Positions 1 through 12,821 of a DNA stretch of 64,000 nucleotides are shown here, in pieces. The stretch spans positions 1 through 64,000 of the forward strand of contig CDMY01000592.1 of the NCBI GenBank assembly GCA_001179505.1, read 5' to 3'. Source of the DNA: Vitrella brassicaformis CCMP3155. Its lineage: Eukaryota > Protista > Chromerida. Numbering within the stretch: position 1 is the first letter of the stretch; each line of letters begins with the position of its first letter. A program made the translations under genes and the position numbers. A model generated the notes under the pieces. It ran no database searches and was not told where the DNA came from. It was given only the letters and a program-made list of their open reading frames with translations.

Positions 1-814
1 CTCTTTGTGTGCGTACAGGTGGTGCGGGAGACAGCGAGTAAATCGCTACCTACATTTTATATTTCCGGGCCAATTCTCCATCGGATTCCCCGTACGTCCC
101 TGTTTTTCAACGAGGCCGCCGAGAGAGAGCGTTTATCGGCTGGCTAAGGGCCAGATGAGCCTGCTGGCCCTCTACTGCATCCCCACGCGGCCCAACCGCA
201 TCACCACCCGGGCCGCAGCAATGGAGGCATACGACACGGCCATCAAGAAGGTGTGCAGGAAGGCTGTGAAGCTCATCCACGGCCAAGCGGCTCAAGGCCC
301 GCCGCTCGCCGAGGCAGCCCTCAAGTTGTTTGCCAACGTCACCTTCAAGCACACCAAGCTAGCCATGGCCGATGAGAGGCCCCTAATCGCGCCCCTCGAC
401 AAATACATCGCACGTGTGTGGGGTTTATCTCTTGAAACCTTCTTCCTTCTTCTTTTTGTGTCCGTGCAGAGCTCGCCCCCTATGCCACGGCTGGCAGTGC
501 TCAGCTATGACCCACCACGGCAGCCCGTCCACACGTCACCCGCCGGAAACTTGCCAACAGACAGGTCAGCAGGGAAGAGAAAGAGACATGTGGTCTGTTC
601 CCTCTGTGTGTGCGTACAGGTGGTGCGGAAGACAACCAGTCAAGTCGCTACCTACATTTTATATTTGCGGAGTATTCTTCATCCTCGGCTGTGTTTCGAT
701 GAAGTGCTCAAGCTCATGGAGACCACCGTCAGTCGAGTGGACCTTTACAGTGGGACACCGCCGCGAGCGACCAACAAGGGACGTCGCCAGCGTCCTCGGC
801 TGGAAGTCAGATGA
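1..814 (+). pseudogene. 3' part of an upstream tandem paralog of the atypical kinase-like gene at 988-3786 (partial, possibly decayed)
   Basis: 121-470 encodes RLAKGQMSLLALYCIPTRPNRITTRAAAMEAYDTAIKKVC, nearly identical to ~2900-3290; 560-800 matches ~3540-3770; indels between copies. Confidence 0.6.
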
Positions 815-987
815 GGAAGTCAGACGCAATGACGAAGAGGAATCCACCTTAAGGCGGCTGGTTGTAAGAGACACATGCACAGCACCGTCGGCTGTGTTGC
901 GTACAGGTCGGTGAATGAGAAACTGGCAAGCACAGGATACTCACATCCAGACTTCTTATGCTCGCTGTTCCTTCTTTCCTTCTGCAG

Positions 988-3786
988 GATGGTGACGCGA
1001 CGGCCGAGGCCGGAGGTCATCAGGCTGAGGCGACGGCCCCCACCGCTCCCCCAACTGCCCGCCTGGCCAGCGGGAGCAGCGCAGAAGCTGGCTTGGGCAG
1101 CTGCTGAGGCCTTGTCGGTGGCCTTCCCGAGGACCACCGAGTTCGTCAAGGACGCCTTCCCCAGAACTGCCGCCCACCTGCGAGGGGTACGACAGATACA
1201 CACGTGAATACATCACGGAACCACCACATCCATTCGTGTATCCCTGCACTCTCTCCCTTATTTGCAGGATAAGCCGCCCAAGAGCACACCGCCGGCATCC
1301 TACGCGCCGCCACCGCCACCGTCCCAAGCCAGCAGGACCCTCCCGAGGACGAGGGCGTATCTCCTAGGCGCATTCAAGAACACGGCCAAGAAACTACGAC
1401 TGGTAGGATACTACACACACACACTGTCACCTGTGCACATGCAGTCGTCTCTCCTGTGCCTTTCCACCTCTCTGCAGACAGCGCACCAGGAGGTGCACGA
1501 GACAGAGGAGAAGGAAGCCAGCCCTGCCCACGACGCGCCACACCCAGCCCCCACCGACCCCTCCTCCTCCACGTCGCCCCCGTCCTCGCCCGACGCACCG
1601 GCGGCTGCTCCATCTGAGACCAGCGCCACCACCGGCCCAGAGCCCGCCTCTCCCATCACAGCCGCCCCCTCTCACTCCCACGTTGACGCCGACCGGCCCA
1701 CCAGCAGCACCCACAGCGATGAACCCATCGACCTGGTGCGGTCGGTGCAGCTGGTCAAGTGCTTTTCTGGAGAGGAGGGTGGCAGGGGGGAGTGTGAGGT
1801 CTGGGAGGGCCGTCTGCCCAACGCTGAGGCCGTGGTTCGAAAGAGCCTGGCTCGGTCGTTGGGCAACGACGACGGCACCTCTCAAGGGCTCACATTGCTG
1901 ACCAGGAGACAGGCTGAGCGGCTGGCCGAGAGCCTGCAGCTGGAGGGCGAGACGATGCGGGAGATGCAGGAGTGGGCGGAGGAGAGGAGAAGGATGGTAG
2001 GATATTACACACACAGTAAACTGTCACCTGTACACATGCGGTCGTCTCTCCGCAGACAGCGCACCAGGAGGTGAACGAGACGGAGGAGAAGGAGGAGGCA
2101 GCGTCCATCAATGTTTGTGTCAACATCGACATTTGCTCAGAAATTACTGCCTACATTTTATATTTGAGGACAATCCTTCTAACCACTTCGGAGGAGAGGG
2201 CAGCGATGGAGGACCGCCAGCATCAACTCACTCGGCTGCCCCACCGCCACACCGGCAGCCCGCAGATCGCCCCCAGCCTGCTAGCTAGCCTGGCGGACGT
2301 GCCAGAGCTGCGCCCGATGGTCGTCAAGGAGGGCAGCAAGGAGGGCGAGGAGTTTGAGAAAGGCCCGTGCCTTCTTATGGCTAGAGTTGGCGCAGGTGAG
2401 TGGAAAAGAGAAGGGTATGAACCATACGAGACCTTCTTGCACTAATGTGGTGCGTTTGCTCTTTGTGTGGGTGCAGAAGGAGTCGGCGGCGAGAAGCTGA
2501 AGTCGGTGTGCACGTCTTCCAGTGGGGTCGGGGCTGATGTCAAGGCACTGATGGATGTCAACATGCTCACCCGGGTCACGGCCATCCACCGCCTTGGCAT
2601 CGCCCACAACGACTGCCACTGGGAGAACGTGCTGGTGGCCAATCGGCTGACGGGGGAGGTCAGCCTCATTGACACCGAGATGACGCGCCGCGTCAGGACA
2701 ACCACTGGCCTCCCCCTGCCACCCCAGCCGCCACTCAACAGCCGACCCAGCGAGCCCTTCATCACGCTGGGCAACCTCATGGCCATCATCGAGGACAGGG
2801 AGGGGCAGCAGGACATCTCGTTCGTCAGCGACATCGTCTGCGCTGCATTGACCGTCCTGCTGCTCGCTCTCCCCACCAATGAGGCCGCCGACAGCATCTT
2901 TCGGCTGGCGAAGGGCCAGATGAGCCTGCTGGCCCTCTACTGCATCCCCACGCGGCCCAACTGCATCACGACCCGGGCCGCAGCAATGGAGGCATACGAC
3001 ACGGCCATCAAGAAGGTGTGCGTGAAGGCCGCCACGCTCGTCCGCGGCTCGGCCGATAAAGGCGCTAGAGGCACGCCGCTCGCCGAGGCAGCTCTCTGGC
3101 TGTTTCTCAACGTCGCCATCAACCACTCCAAGAAACCGACGGGTCCCCTGATCGCGCTCTTGGAGAAATACATCGACAGAGTCATGGAACGTACGGACAC
3201 ACGAATGGATGCACGTGTGTGGTGGATGGGGTTCATCTCTTGAAAGCTTCTTCCTTCCTCTTTTTGTGTCCGTGCAGAGCTCGCCCCCCAGTGACCTCGC
3301 CTGCCGTCCTTCTGACCGTTCGTCTGCCAATCCCTCTCGTTCGTCCACCCCGTACAAGTGACGAGGAGGGCAAGACGGCTGCTGAGCGCATCCATGCCCT
3401 GGCCGAGCATGAGATGGACCAGGTCGCCTGCCGCTGCAAGCCGACACGGCATTACGAGCGCATCATCACCCGGGCTGCAGCAGAGGAGGCACGCGATATC
3501 GTCAGTAGAGAACACACATCGTGATACACACATTGTCAGTAGAGAAGAGAAAGAGACGGAACCGAAGGGTAGACATGTGGTCTGTTTCCGCGTTGTGTGC
3601 GTACAGGTGGTGCGGGAGACAGCGAGTACATCGCTACCTACATTTTATATTCGCCATCTTATTCTCCATCCTCGCACGTCTAGTGAAGTGCCCGAGCTCT
3701 TCGGCGATGAGTGGTTGCTTCAGTGGGGCACGGCCGCCAGCGACCAACAAGGGACGTCGCCAACGGAGAACCAAAGTGTCCTGTGA
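988..3786 (+). CDS. Multi-exon atypical protein-kinase-like protein with N-terminal PRT module and Pro/Ser-rich linker
   Basis: Phase-consistent GT-AG exons 988-1186, 1268-1402, 1478-1996, 2056-2395, 2477-~3190; RPMVVKEG lysine, catalytic loop IAHNDCHWENVLV, LIDTE in place of DFG; 5' and 3' ends uncertain. Confidence 0.6.
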
Positions 3787-4382
3787 TGTCAGGATGCTCT
3801 GCGTAGGTGGCATGGCAGTATTACACACAAACAGACAGCGCGACGCAGTCAACCGGGCGGAACGGGGCGGATGGTTTTCGTTTTGGAATCAAGAGAATGA
3901 ACGGGCTTGGTATCCGACATGCGCACGAGTCGTCTTGGGGTGTGTGTGTGTGTGAGCAGAACGACCCGTGCCTCGTCTCCTCGGCCCCTAGCCCCACCTC
4001 GAAAGTAGAAAGGCCATCAGGGGTCCACAATGCATGACTGACCACCGACTCTCGTCTGTGGACGTTCAACTTGAAGTTTGTGGCTGTTGTGTGCGGCTAT
4101 ATACGGCGACTGTGCAGCATGCAGCAGAGAGCAGCTTGTGTGTGTCTGGCTGTCTGTCTGTCTGTCTGTCTGTCTGTCAGGAGATGAGGATGAGTGAGCG
4201 TTTCTCTGTCTGTGCGAGGTGATATATAAGAGATGGAGTGAGAAGAGCTGGAGAAGGTGCACATCCGTACACACGTACATACATATGCATACGTACATAG
4301 TGTACACGCAGTGACAGACAGACAAGCAAAGTCAATCAATCAATCGACAGAGACAACATCAATCAATCAACAGTGAAGCAAG

Positions 4383-5521
4383 ATGAAGGGCCAGACGGTT
4401 CTCATTCTGTTGTTGTCTTTCTTGCAAGCCAAGGCGTTGGAGCCGGCGCTGCCCGCCAAGCAAGCTGCGACAGCGGCACTCGACGAGGCGACACCAACGG
4501 TCGACGTGCAGACGGCCCTGGTCGCCAAAGAAGCTGCGACAGCGGCACTCGACGAGGGAGCCACACCCGACGAATTTGAACGTATGGCGAGATGCGTCGA
4601 TATGAATGATCATGTCTCTTTGTTGTCCGTGCGGTGTGTGTCTCTTCAGTTGATGATTTTCTCGGAGAGTCCCCGTCACCGTCGCCCTCCTTGGTCTGTA
4701 TCCCTGTGCCCGTCGACCTCCACGCAAACCACCCGATAATTCAGGGTGAGAGAAGGTGCACAGTGTGTTCACTGTGTGTTCACATGCGTATGTGCATCAT
4801 GATGATTGAGCTTCATTAATGCTTGCGATGTTCTGTGGCTGTGTGTAGAGGCTGCCGCCCACATCCTGGCACAGATCAAAGTCCCGCCAACAAAGGTCCG
4901 TCAGCCAAGTGCCGACGCATCGTCTGAGCGTGTGTGCCGCTATCAGGTACTCTGCGAGAAGAAAAAGAAGACAGAAAAGGAGATCCTGAAGGACTGCGGC
5001 GGCGACATGACCAAGCTGCAGGAACTCAAAGACGGAAGTTGGGTCGAGAAGGCCATCGTGGTGGCTGACGCGTGGTGGCAGCTGCGGTTCGGCCGGCCGA
5101 CGACATTTGCCGAGCGATTGCTCCTGCTGGAGCACCTGACAATGGGATCCTACGACCCCGCCCTCGTCGACAAACTGCGAAAAGGTAGGAAGGTAGGTCG
5201 ACAGAGTTAATGCAGCCAGGCACATCACTTTGGCTGGTGTCTGCAGATGACGATGATGATGACGGACCCCCTCCCGCCGCAGGGAGCAGCAGCAGCAGCG
5301 GCGTTTCTGCTGAGGCCAGAGGCAAGGAATGAATGCTCATTTGTCATGGATGTATATCCGTGTCTGTCTGTCTGTGTGTTGTGTGCATAACTGGTGCAGT
5401 CTTCGACGGCATGCAGCCTTGGCGTGACGATGATTCTCGGAGCCACAAAGAAATGACTGATCACTTTCGACAAGGGTGGATCGATGAAAGGCTCATGGAT
5501 GGGACCAATGATCGTGAGTGA
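4383..5521 (+). CDS. Putative secreted protein with signal peptide and a duplicated AATAALDE repeat
   Basis: MKGQTVLILLLSFLQAKA hydrophobic leader; exons 4383-4581, 4650-4745, 4849-5184, 5247-5321 join in frame via phase-1 introns; ends at TGA 5330-5332 or, via a GC donor at 5322, in exon 5400-5521. Confidence 0.7.
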
Positions 5522-6345
5522 GACAATGCGTGGACGTATCATGATTGGACCATGACTGGATGTCTCCACTTTGATCCAATCCAATGATGTCTCCTCTTTG
5601 TCTGTCCGTCTTTCTGTCTCCCGCCATACACACACACAGCCATACACACAGCCAGCCAGACAGCGAGGGGATACAGAAAGAAGAACGAATCGACACTCTC
5701 ATTTCGTTTCACTTGTCTTCGACCAGCACACACCATTCATTCATTCACAACACTCCGCGAAGCCACTTCATTCCGCTACTCGTACTTTACCCTGCGGCGC
5801 GCCCCCCGTGTGTGTGTGATGTGATGTGATGTGTTGTGTGGTGTCGGCAAGTAGTTGACTGGTCGGTCGGCCTCGTGTGTCGTTTCTTCTTTTCCATCGG
5901 TACGGAAGGCCACCAGAGAGGCAGACAGGGAGGGACTAAGTATAGTACACAACGACGACATGTACCGCAGAGATCTCTGTGTATGTGTATGGGCGACTCC
6001 ATGCGCCAGACAGACAGACAGACAGACACACAGTCACCCATACCCACACCCTCCGTTGCCCTCCCCCCTCACACACACACACACACACACACGCACGACA
6101 GGCAGGCAGGCAGCAGGCCTCACTGACTAAGGATGGACCCAGTGGATACATACTCATCGGTATCTGTGCTCCCTCTGTGCAGCCGGGCATCCCCAGAGTG
6201 CCGGAGATGAAGGAGAGGGTCTTGTTGTGCTCGGCTTTGAGGGCCTGGACGGCTGGTGTGGCCTCGGGAGGGATGTGGACGGGGGCAGAGGGGGAGAGAG
6301 GGAGATGGTGGGAGAGCTGAGTGAGTGAGCGACAGGAGAGGATGG

Positions 6346-6970
6346 CTATGCAAGGGGTAGGCGTGGCGGCTCTCTCTTCTTTCTCCCCCTGTGCGTGTGT
6401 ATTACGATGCCAGCGACCCACCATTCTTGTGTGGTATCCCTGATCCTCAGCAGATGCCGCAGCTGGCTGCTGCGGTCCCTGAAGAGAGAGAAAGGTGCAA
6501 GGAACAATGACACGCACCCATCATGGATGGCGATGGATGCATCAGGGGCAAAGTGCGTGCGTCCCTTGCCAGCCCGTGCGACCTCACCTGTGTGTGTGTA
6601 GCTCTTTTTGCGGTGCCTCCACCTGCTCCTGAAGGTTCGCGCCGCACCGCCTCCACCTGACGCACACTCTCAGCCTGCAATCTGCACACACGAAAACCAG
6701 CAACACAACACACACGCGCACATCCTCCATGCGCACAGAGAGGGACCTTCCCTGCATCAGTGTATCCTACTTGTGCACTCTGTCCAGTTCGGTCTTCCAC
6801 TTGCGCTTCCAGTTGTCCCGATCGGCCTCGAGCTGGCGGTTGGTGGTCTCGCGCTTCTTGGCGTCAGCTTCGGCCTGTTTGATAAAGCGGCTCAGCTGCT
6901 CGGTCCGCACCTCGGCGTCCGGCGCCTCGTGGCAGTGCGGGGCGTGAGGGAGGGGAGACCCCCTCGGCAT
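6346..6970 (-). CDS. Small hypothetical coiled-coil protein (~130 aa, 4 exons)
   Basis: Exon EQLSRFIKQAEADAKKRETTNRQLEADRDNWKRKWKTELDRVHK plus three further phase-compatible GT-AG exons; no recognisable domain. Confidence 0.45.
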
Positions 6971-7216
6971 CTTGCCCTTCTTGCTGCTGCTGGCCGTCCT
7001 CACCGTCAGCTCTCATGGCCGCCATCCTCCTATTCACTGCGCTGGGGTTTGATGTAAACGTAGGGTTTCTCTGCGAGCTGTGAGTATTGGAGTTGGTTTG
7101 GAGTTGTCCCGTGCGGCCTTTGCATCGCTCTCTGGGTATGGCCGCCTGATTTGTATCACCCTCAGCCGCCTAAAAGGCAGTATAGAAGGTTTCTGCGAGT
7201 TGTTGGGTTGTTGAGG

Positions 7217-8489
7217 ATGGCGCAGGCCGCAGAAACCATGGAGCACGACCCCTATGTGGTCCAAAACTTCATTTTCAGCCGAATGCTCGGATCAGGTGAG
7301 CTGGCGGGACGAGAGGGAGGGTGAGAGGAGCCGGGGAAGCGTGAGACACGGCGCGGGACGTGATGCACTGAGGGAGGCGGGATGGAATGCGTCGGATGGA
7401 TGGTGCATTTTGCTCTGTGTGGATGCGCGGACGCGTGGCTGGATGCATCGGCATTTCTTGAGGCTCTCCATTACGTGAATACCTCCTGTCTGTCTGCGTA
7501 CATATTGTGTTGGTGTGCAGGAACGTATGGCTGTGTAGCTGCCGTGACGAATCGCACGTTGACTGAGGTCCCCCAGGGCACACCCCTGGCCATCAAGAAG
7601 GTAACCACGCCACTGACTGATCATCCCGAGAGGGAATGCATGGTGACAATGGCATCTCTTCTGTGCACTCGGTGTGTTGTGTTGTGTTGTGTGCAGATGA
7701 GGAAATGGAATGGGGGCGAGGGCATAGAATCCACCACGATGCGCGAGGTGAGGCCTGAACCACACGCAATCCCACACACAACACGACGCACCACAACAAA
7801 CTCATCTCCCCCACGTCCCCCCCATCTCTCCGTGTGTGTGTGTGTGTGTGTGCCAGGTGAATGCGTTGATGGCGTTGAGGGGCCACATGAACATCGTCAC
7901 CCTCCACAAGGTGGACATGGACCCCTCCGACCCCATGGCCACCATCGTGTACCTCATCTTCGAGCTGTGCGAGGCCGGCGACGTCGGACGCTTCCGTACC
8001 ATCTGTGCCAGGGAGAACCAGATCAACTACCCCAACTGGAACCCCGACAAACTACTCCCCAGGAACACCGGTACGCACCCCCCCCCACACACACACACGG
8101 AAACACACGGGGAGAGGGAGAGGGAGAGGGTGGCGAAGGGCTCCCGTGTTGGTTTCTATGTGTGTGTGGTGTGTATGCAGTGCCGACGCTGGAGCAGTTG
8201 GCCCGCGTGATGTTCCAGATACTCAACGGCATCGCCTACATGCACTGCAAAGGACGTACGCCATCCTGGCACTATGGCGCACATCATACCCACCATTCTT
8301 CTGTCCACAGCCATGTTCTGACGTATCTCTGTTTGCGCGTGCGTGTGTGTGCAGTCATCCACCGTGACCTGAAACCGCAGAACATCCTCATGACCAACAA
8401 CTGGATCGTCAAAATTGCCGACTTCGGTCAGTGACCGCACACATCGTGGCAACACACAGATCTGCCCATCCATCCACTCGGCCTCTTTG

Positions 8490-8521
<32 letters not shown>

Positions 8522-10298
8522 TCCTCACTCAGGTTTGGCCCGCACGGTGACGATTCCGACTAAGTTGATGTCGCACGAGGTGGCCACTCAGTGGTGAGCA
8601 CACAACCCAACCCATTAGCCCCCTCCCCCCCCCACACACACAGACATACAGAGCATCGCACAGTGCATTCAGCAGTGTCTCTCTCTTTCTCGGGGGACGT
8701 GTGTGTGTGTGCAGGTACCGCCCCCCCGAGTTGTTCATGGGACCGGCCAACTTCAAGTACACCTATGCCCTGGACATCTGGTCAGTCAGCCGACAAACGA
8801 CACAACACTCAGAGAGAGGGAGAGGGAGGAGGGAAAGGAGCCGTGCACTTCTGGTGTGTGTGTATGTGTGTATGTGTGTGGGTCCTGTGCCGTCGTCAGG
8901 TCCACTGGGTGCATCTTCATAGAGTTGACGAGCGGCATGCCGGCCTTCAACGGCCACACTGAGGTGCGCTGCACAACCAAACACCACACACACACACACA
9001 CATAGACACAGACATCCATCTGCCTGTGTGCCCATCTGTCCGTGTCTACGTGTGTGTGTCTGTCTGTGTCTGTGTTGCCACATGTCTGTCAGTTTGAGAC
9101 GTTGATGAAGATGCTCAACACGCTGGGCACCCCCACCAACGCCATCTGGCCGGGCAGCGAAGCGTTCACCTACGCCGACCAGTTCAACGTGACCCCCTCA
9201 CACACACACAAGACAATACAACACAACATTCATCTATCTCTCTCTCTCTGTCTGTGTGTGTGTGTGTGTGTGTTTAGCGTTTCCCGAAGTTTGTGCGCGA
9301 CCCGCGTGACGGCATCACGGCGCTGCTGCGCCGCAGCCACGACTCCATCTCCCAGGCCGCCGGGTACCGCCCCTACGGCCGCACCGACATCGACCGCAAC
9401 TCGCTGGCCGTGGATCTCTTCACTCGGTGGGTTGATGCAGCACACACACACACACAGGGGGGGCGGATGGGTCGGTTGGGGTGTGTGGGGGTCATGTGTG
9501 TGATGTTGATGTGGTTGTGGTTGTGGTTGTGGCTGTGGTTATTGCTGTGTCAGCATGTTGACGTATCAGCCGGACCGTCGCATCACGGCTGTGCAGGCGT
9601 TGTACCACCCCTTCTTCGACATCGTCGACAAGAGGAGGTAAGCGACCAATGAGGACAGGCACATGAATGGATGGGCACGGACATGTCTGTTGTTGTGGTT
9701 GTGGTCGGGTGGTCTTGTCGTTCGTTTGTTCGTGTGTGCAGGTACCAGCACTTCCTGGGCGAGTTGCAGGCCAACTACCCTGAGGGTACGTATACGTTTG
9801 GTAGTAGAGGAGACACAAACCACACAAACCCCCGCACACCCACCTGCCCACACACAAGCACACAGAGAGACACAGAGAGAGACCCACCCACCACCCCATC
9901 TCCCCCCTCTCCCCCTCTCTCTGTGTGTCCATCCATCCATCCATGTAGGGTATCCCGTGATGCCGCCGAACCCGCCGTTTCCTCAGATGGACTACGGCCT
10001 CCCCGACAACCATGACAACGACGGCGACATGGACGTCGACGACGGCAACCACATGAACATCGACCAGGGCCCACCCGCACCGGCCGCCGCCGCTGCTGCT
10101 GCTGCTGGGGGCGGTGGCGGTGGCTCCAAGGGCCGCCGTGTGCGCCGTGGCCCCACACAGGGCAACAACCAGGCTGCCGGGGGGGGAGGGGATGGGGTGG
10201 GGCTGCGCGTGTCGCCCCGGCTGAAGGGCAAGGAGCCCATCAACTACGCCCACATGTCCAAGGGCAAGAAGCGTGACCGCGATGGCCACGCCAAGTAG
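7217..10298 (+). CDS. Cyclin-dependent kinase-like (CMGC) Ser/Thr kinase
   Basis: Spliced motifs LGSGTYGCV, LAIKK, EGIESTTMRE (PSTAIRE-like), IHRDLKPQN, IADFGLAR, HEVATQWYRPPE, DIWSTGCIF, RITAVQALYHPFF; ~14 exons. Confidence 0.93.
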
Positions 10299-10299
10299 A

Positions 10300-11540
10300 C
10301 AGACAGACCATCACATACCCACACACCCCATACTACACACAACACACATCGCGCGCAATACCGCCGAGATGAGACTGCTTGTTTGGTTGGATGGCTGGCT
10401 GTCGTGCTATGCTGCGTGGGCTTGAGTGTGTGTTGTGTGTCGTGGTCGCCTGTCCGCCCGTGTTATGTTGTGTTGTGTTGTATTGTGTGGAATCGATTGC
10501 ATGGGACTCACTCACTGATTTTCTTCTTCGCATAGGGAGGGAGAAAGGCCAGCCCCATACACACACGCACACACACACACACACATGCAAGGGCAATTCA
10601 TGCGTTTAAACGAATGCCATCACACCCACGCACCCACCCACACCCACACCCACCCACGGACACATCAAAGAGGGTGCGTGTAAGAGAGAGCCAGGAGAGC
10701 AGGGCAGGCAGGAAGGACCTTCTTCGCTCTCCCACCCATCCATCCATCCATCCATCGCCGCACCAACCAACCAACACACCACCACACGCACACACACAGA
10801 GGGCCCGCCTCTCTTCCCCGTGTGTGTATCCATATACTGTCTCGATTCATGCCTTCCTTCATGAGTCATGACTGACCTCTCTCGTCCATCCATGCATCCA
10901 TGAGTGAGTGCCTTTGTCCAGTGAGTGACGCCGCCGATGGATGGAACAGACAGACCAATACACCCACACACACAGCCAGCCACGCAAGCAGGCAGAAAGG
11001 CAGGCAGGCAGGCAGGATTAGTGGATGGATGGATGGATGGAACACACACACATATACCCCCAGACAGACAGACAGACAGACAGACAGAGAGACAGAGAGG
11101 CCCTGCAGCCCTTCCCTTCATGTGTCTTTGAAATGGCGTGCGCGTGCATGTGTTCGCGGATGGCTGGCTGCCTTGGCGGATTTAATGGATTGCCGTGTGT
11201 ATGTGTGTGGCTGGCTTGGGGGGCGGGGGATTCAAGGGCGATGGATGGGACAGACACGAAACGACTGAGTCATAGCAAGGAGGTGGACGTACGAGACATT
11301 CATCGTCTTCATGCAATAGTCTCGCTCACACACATGACGTCACGTCACACAACACATGCATCCGGTCAATCAAAGTATCGGCACGCCCACCCACCCGCCC
11401 GCCCACACTCACTCACTCGCACATCGTCCCTTCAGCCCACCCAGCACGCACTCATACACACCCATGCTGGCCATATCGACAGACAGACACACACACACAG
11501 ACAGACAGACACTGAGACCATACCCACGCGTCGTCACCAT
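10300..11540. repeat. Dense intergenic microsatellite mosaic: (AC)n, (CATC)n/(GGAT)n, (GACA)n, (GGCA)n
   Basis: Directly visible simple-repeat tracts; ORFs here translate only to low-complexity strings. Confidence 0.85.
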
Positions 11541-11589
11541 ACAGACTGCCGCACATCATCAGCGCCCCCATTGTCGCCCGCCGTCTAGC

Positions 11590-12821
11590 TTAGCTAAGAT
11601 CTTCTCCGACCATCATTGTGGGGAAAGTGGGACCCAGCCACGGACGCACCATGGCCGTCGACAAAGGGAACGCCTTAGAGAAGTTGGTATCGTCGTCCGT
11701 CCACAAGGTGCGGCTCGGTCGTGTTTGCGCGCACGAAGGTGACGAAGGGGTGGTCCAGCGGCGTCACGAGCACCGCCCGACGCCTCTCGGTGGCACCTGG
11801 AAGATGACAAGCCTTTTCTACCCTCGTCGAAAAGGCCTGTCATCTTCCTTCCCGTCAAGAGCACCCCTGAACACAGTGTGCGACGCAGGCAGGTAGGCAG
11901 GAAACGAACAAACAAACACACAAAGACGGACAGCCACAGAAATCTGTCGCCCAATGCTTGTATGAGATCGTTCTTGGCACCCACCCACCCACTTACTGCA
12001 GTATGATCAGCGCATTAGATGCCACTTCGACGAGCCGGAAGATGACGGACGTGAGGAACGATGAGAAGGACGCGTCGAGCATGTCGCCGTCGGTGTGCCA
12101 GCCCTTGTCGTCACTGTGGCCGCAGCTGTGTCGCTGGAATGGATGGTCGGCACTGAGGGGCGGGGACAGCCGACTGCGGAAGGGCGCCTGGTCCTTGAGG
12201 GTGGCCAGCAGCTCCCCATCAGGGTCGTTGTCAAACCTCCCCGCCAAAGTTGACGTGCCGGCCCACCAGCTTCCACAGCGCCACAACACGCGGCTCCGCC
12301 AGGAATGCCTACCACACACGGATGCATCATAAGAAATACATACCTGTCCTCGAGGCTCATGAATGCCTGAATGATCTCCCCGCCCCGGTGTGTGCGGACC
12401 TGTTTGCTTCGGAACTTGTTGAGGTCGTCTCGCGTGATGATGGAGCCGGGAGGTGGCAGAAGCTGCCCTGCCGCGCAGGTCTGAGAGCGTCTGCCGCCTC
12501 ATCCCAGCGCTGGTGCTCCACTCAGCCACAGGGCCTGCAGCAGGTGACACCACTCCAGATGCGAGTAGTCGAACGGCACCACAGCGTCCAGCTGTGTGCC
12601 GTCGGCGAATGTGGCGGCCCGCAGGGCGTCCTTGAGTCGGCGGGTGAGCACGGGATGAGGGCGAGGAAGAGGCCCGCTGTTCGGGGGTTCCCGGCGTCAC
12701 TCAGCTCGTGCAGCTCACTCCTCCCGTAATGATAGATAGAATCTCGAGGCACCGGCCGCCCAACGCTGGGCGAGCGCACCGTGCCTATGGTGCCCTTGCG
12801 CAAGCAGCCGCCATGCAGCAC
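11590..12821 (-). pseudogene. Frameshifted, divergent pseudogene of family X (copy D)
   Basis: Across several frame switches: RRLKDALRAATFADGTQLDAVVPFD, WLVEHQRWDEAADALR, VGRHVNFG, DASFSSFL, VLVTPLDHPFV, NFSKAFPLSTAMVRPWLG align in order with the gene at 23304; introns at equivalent positions. Confidence 0.75.
11799..11848. repeat. Inverted repeat (20-bp arms, one mismatch, 10-nt loop)
   Basis: GGAAGATGACAAGCCTTTTC (11799-11818) versus GAAAAGGCCTGTCATCTTCC (11829-11848). Confidence 0.9.
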
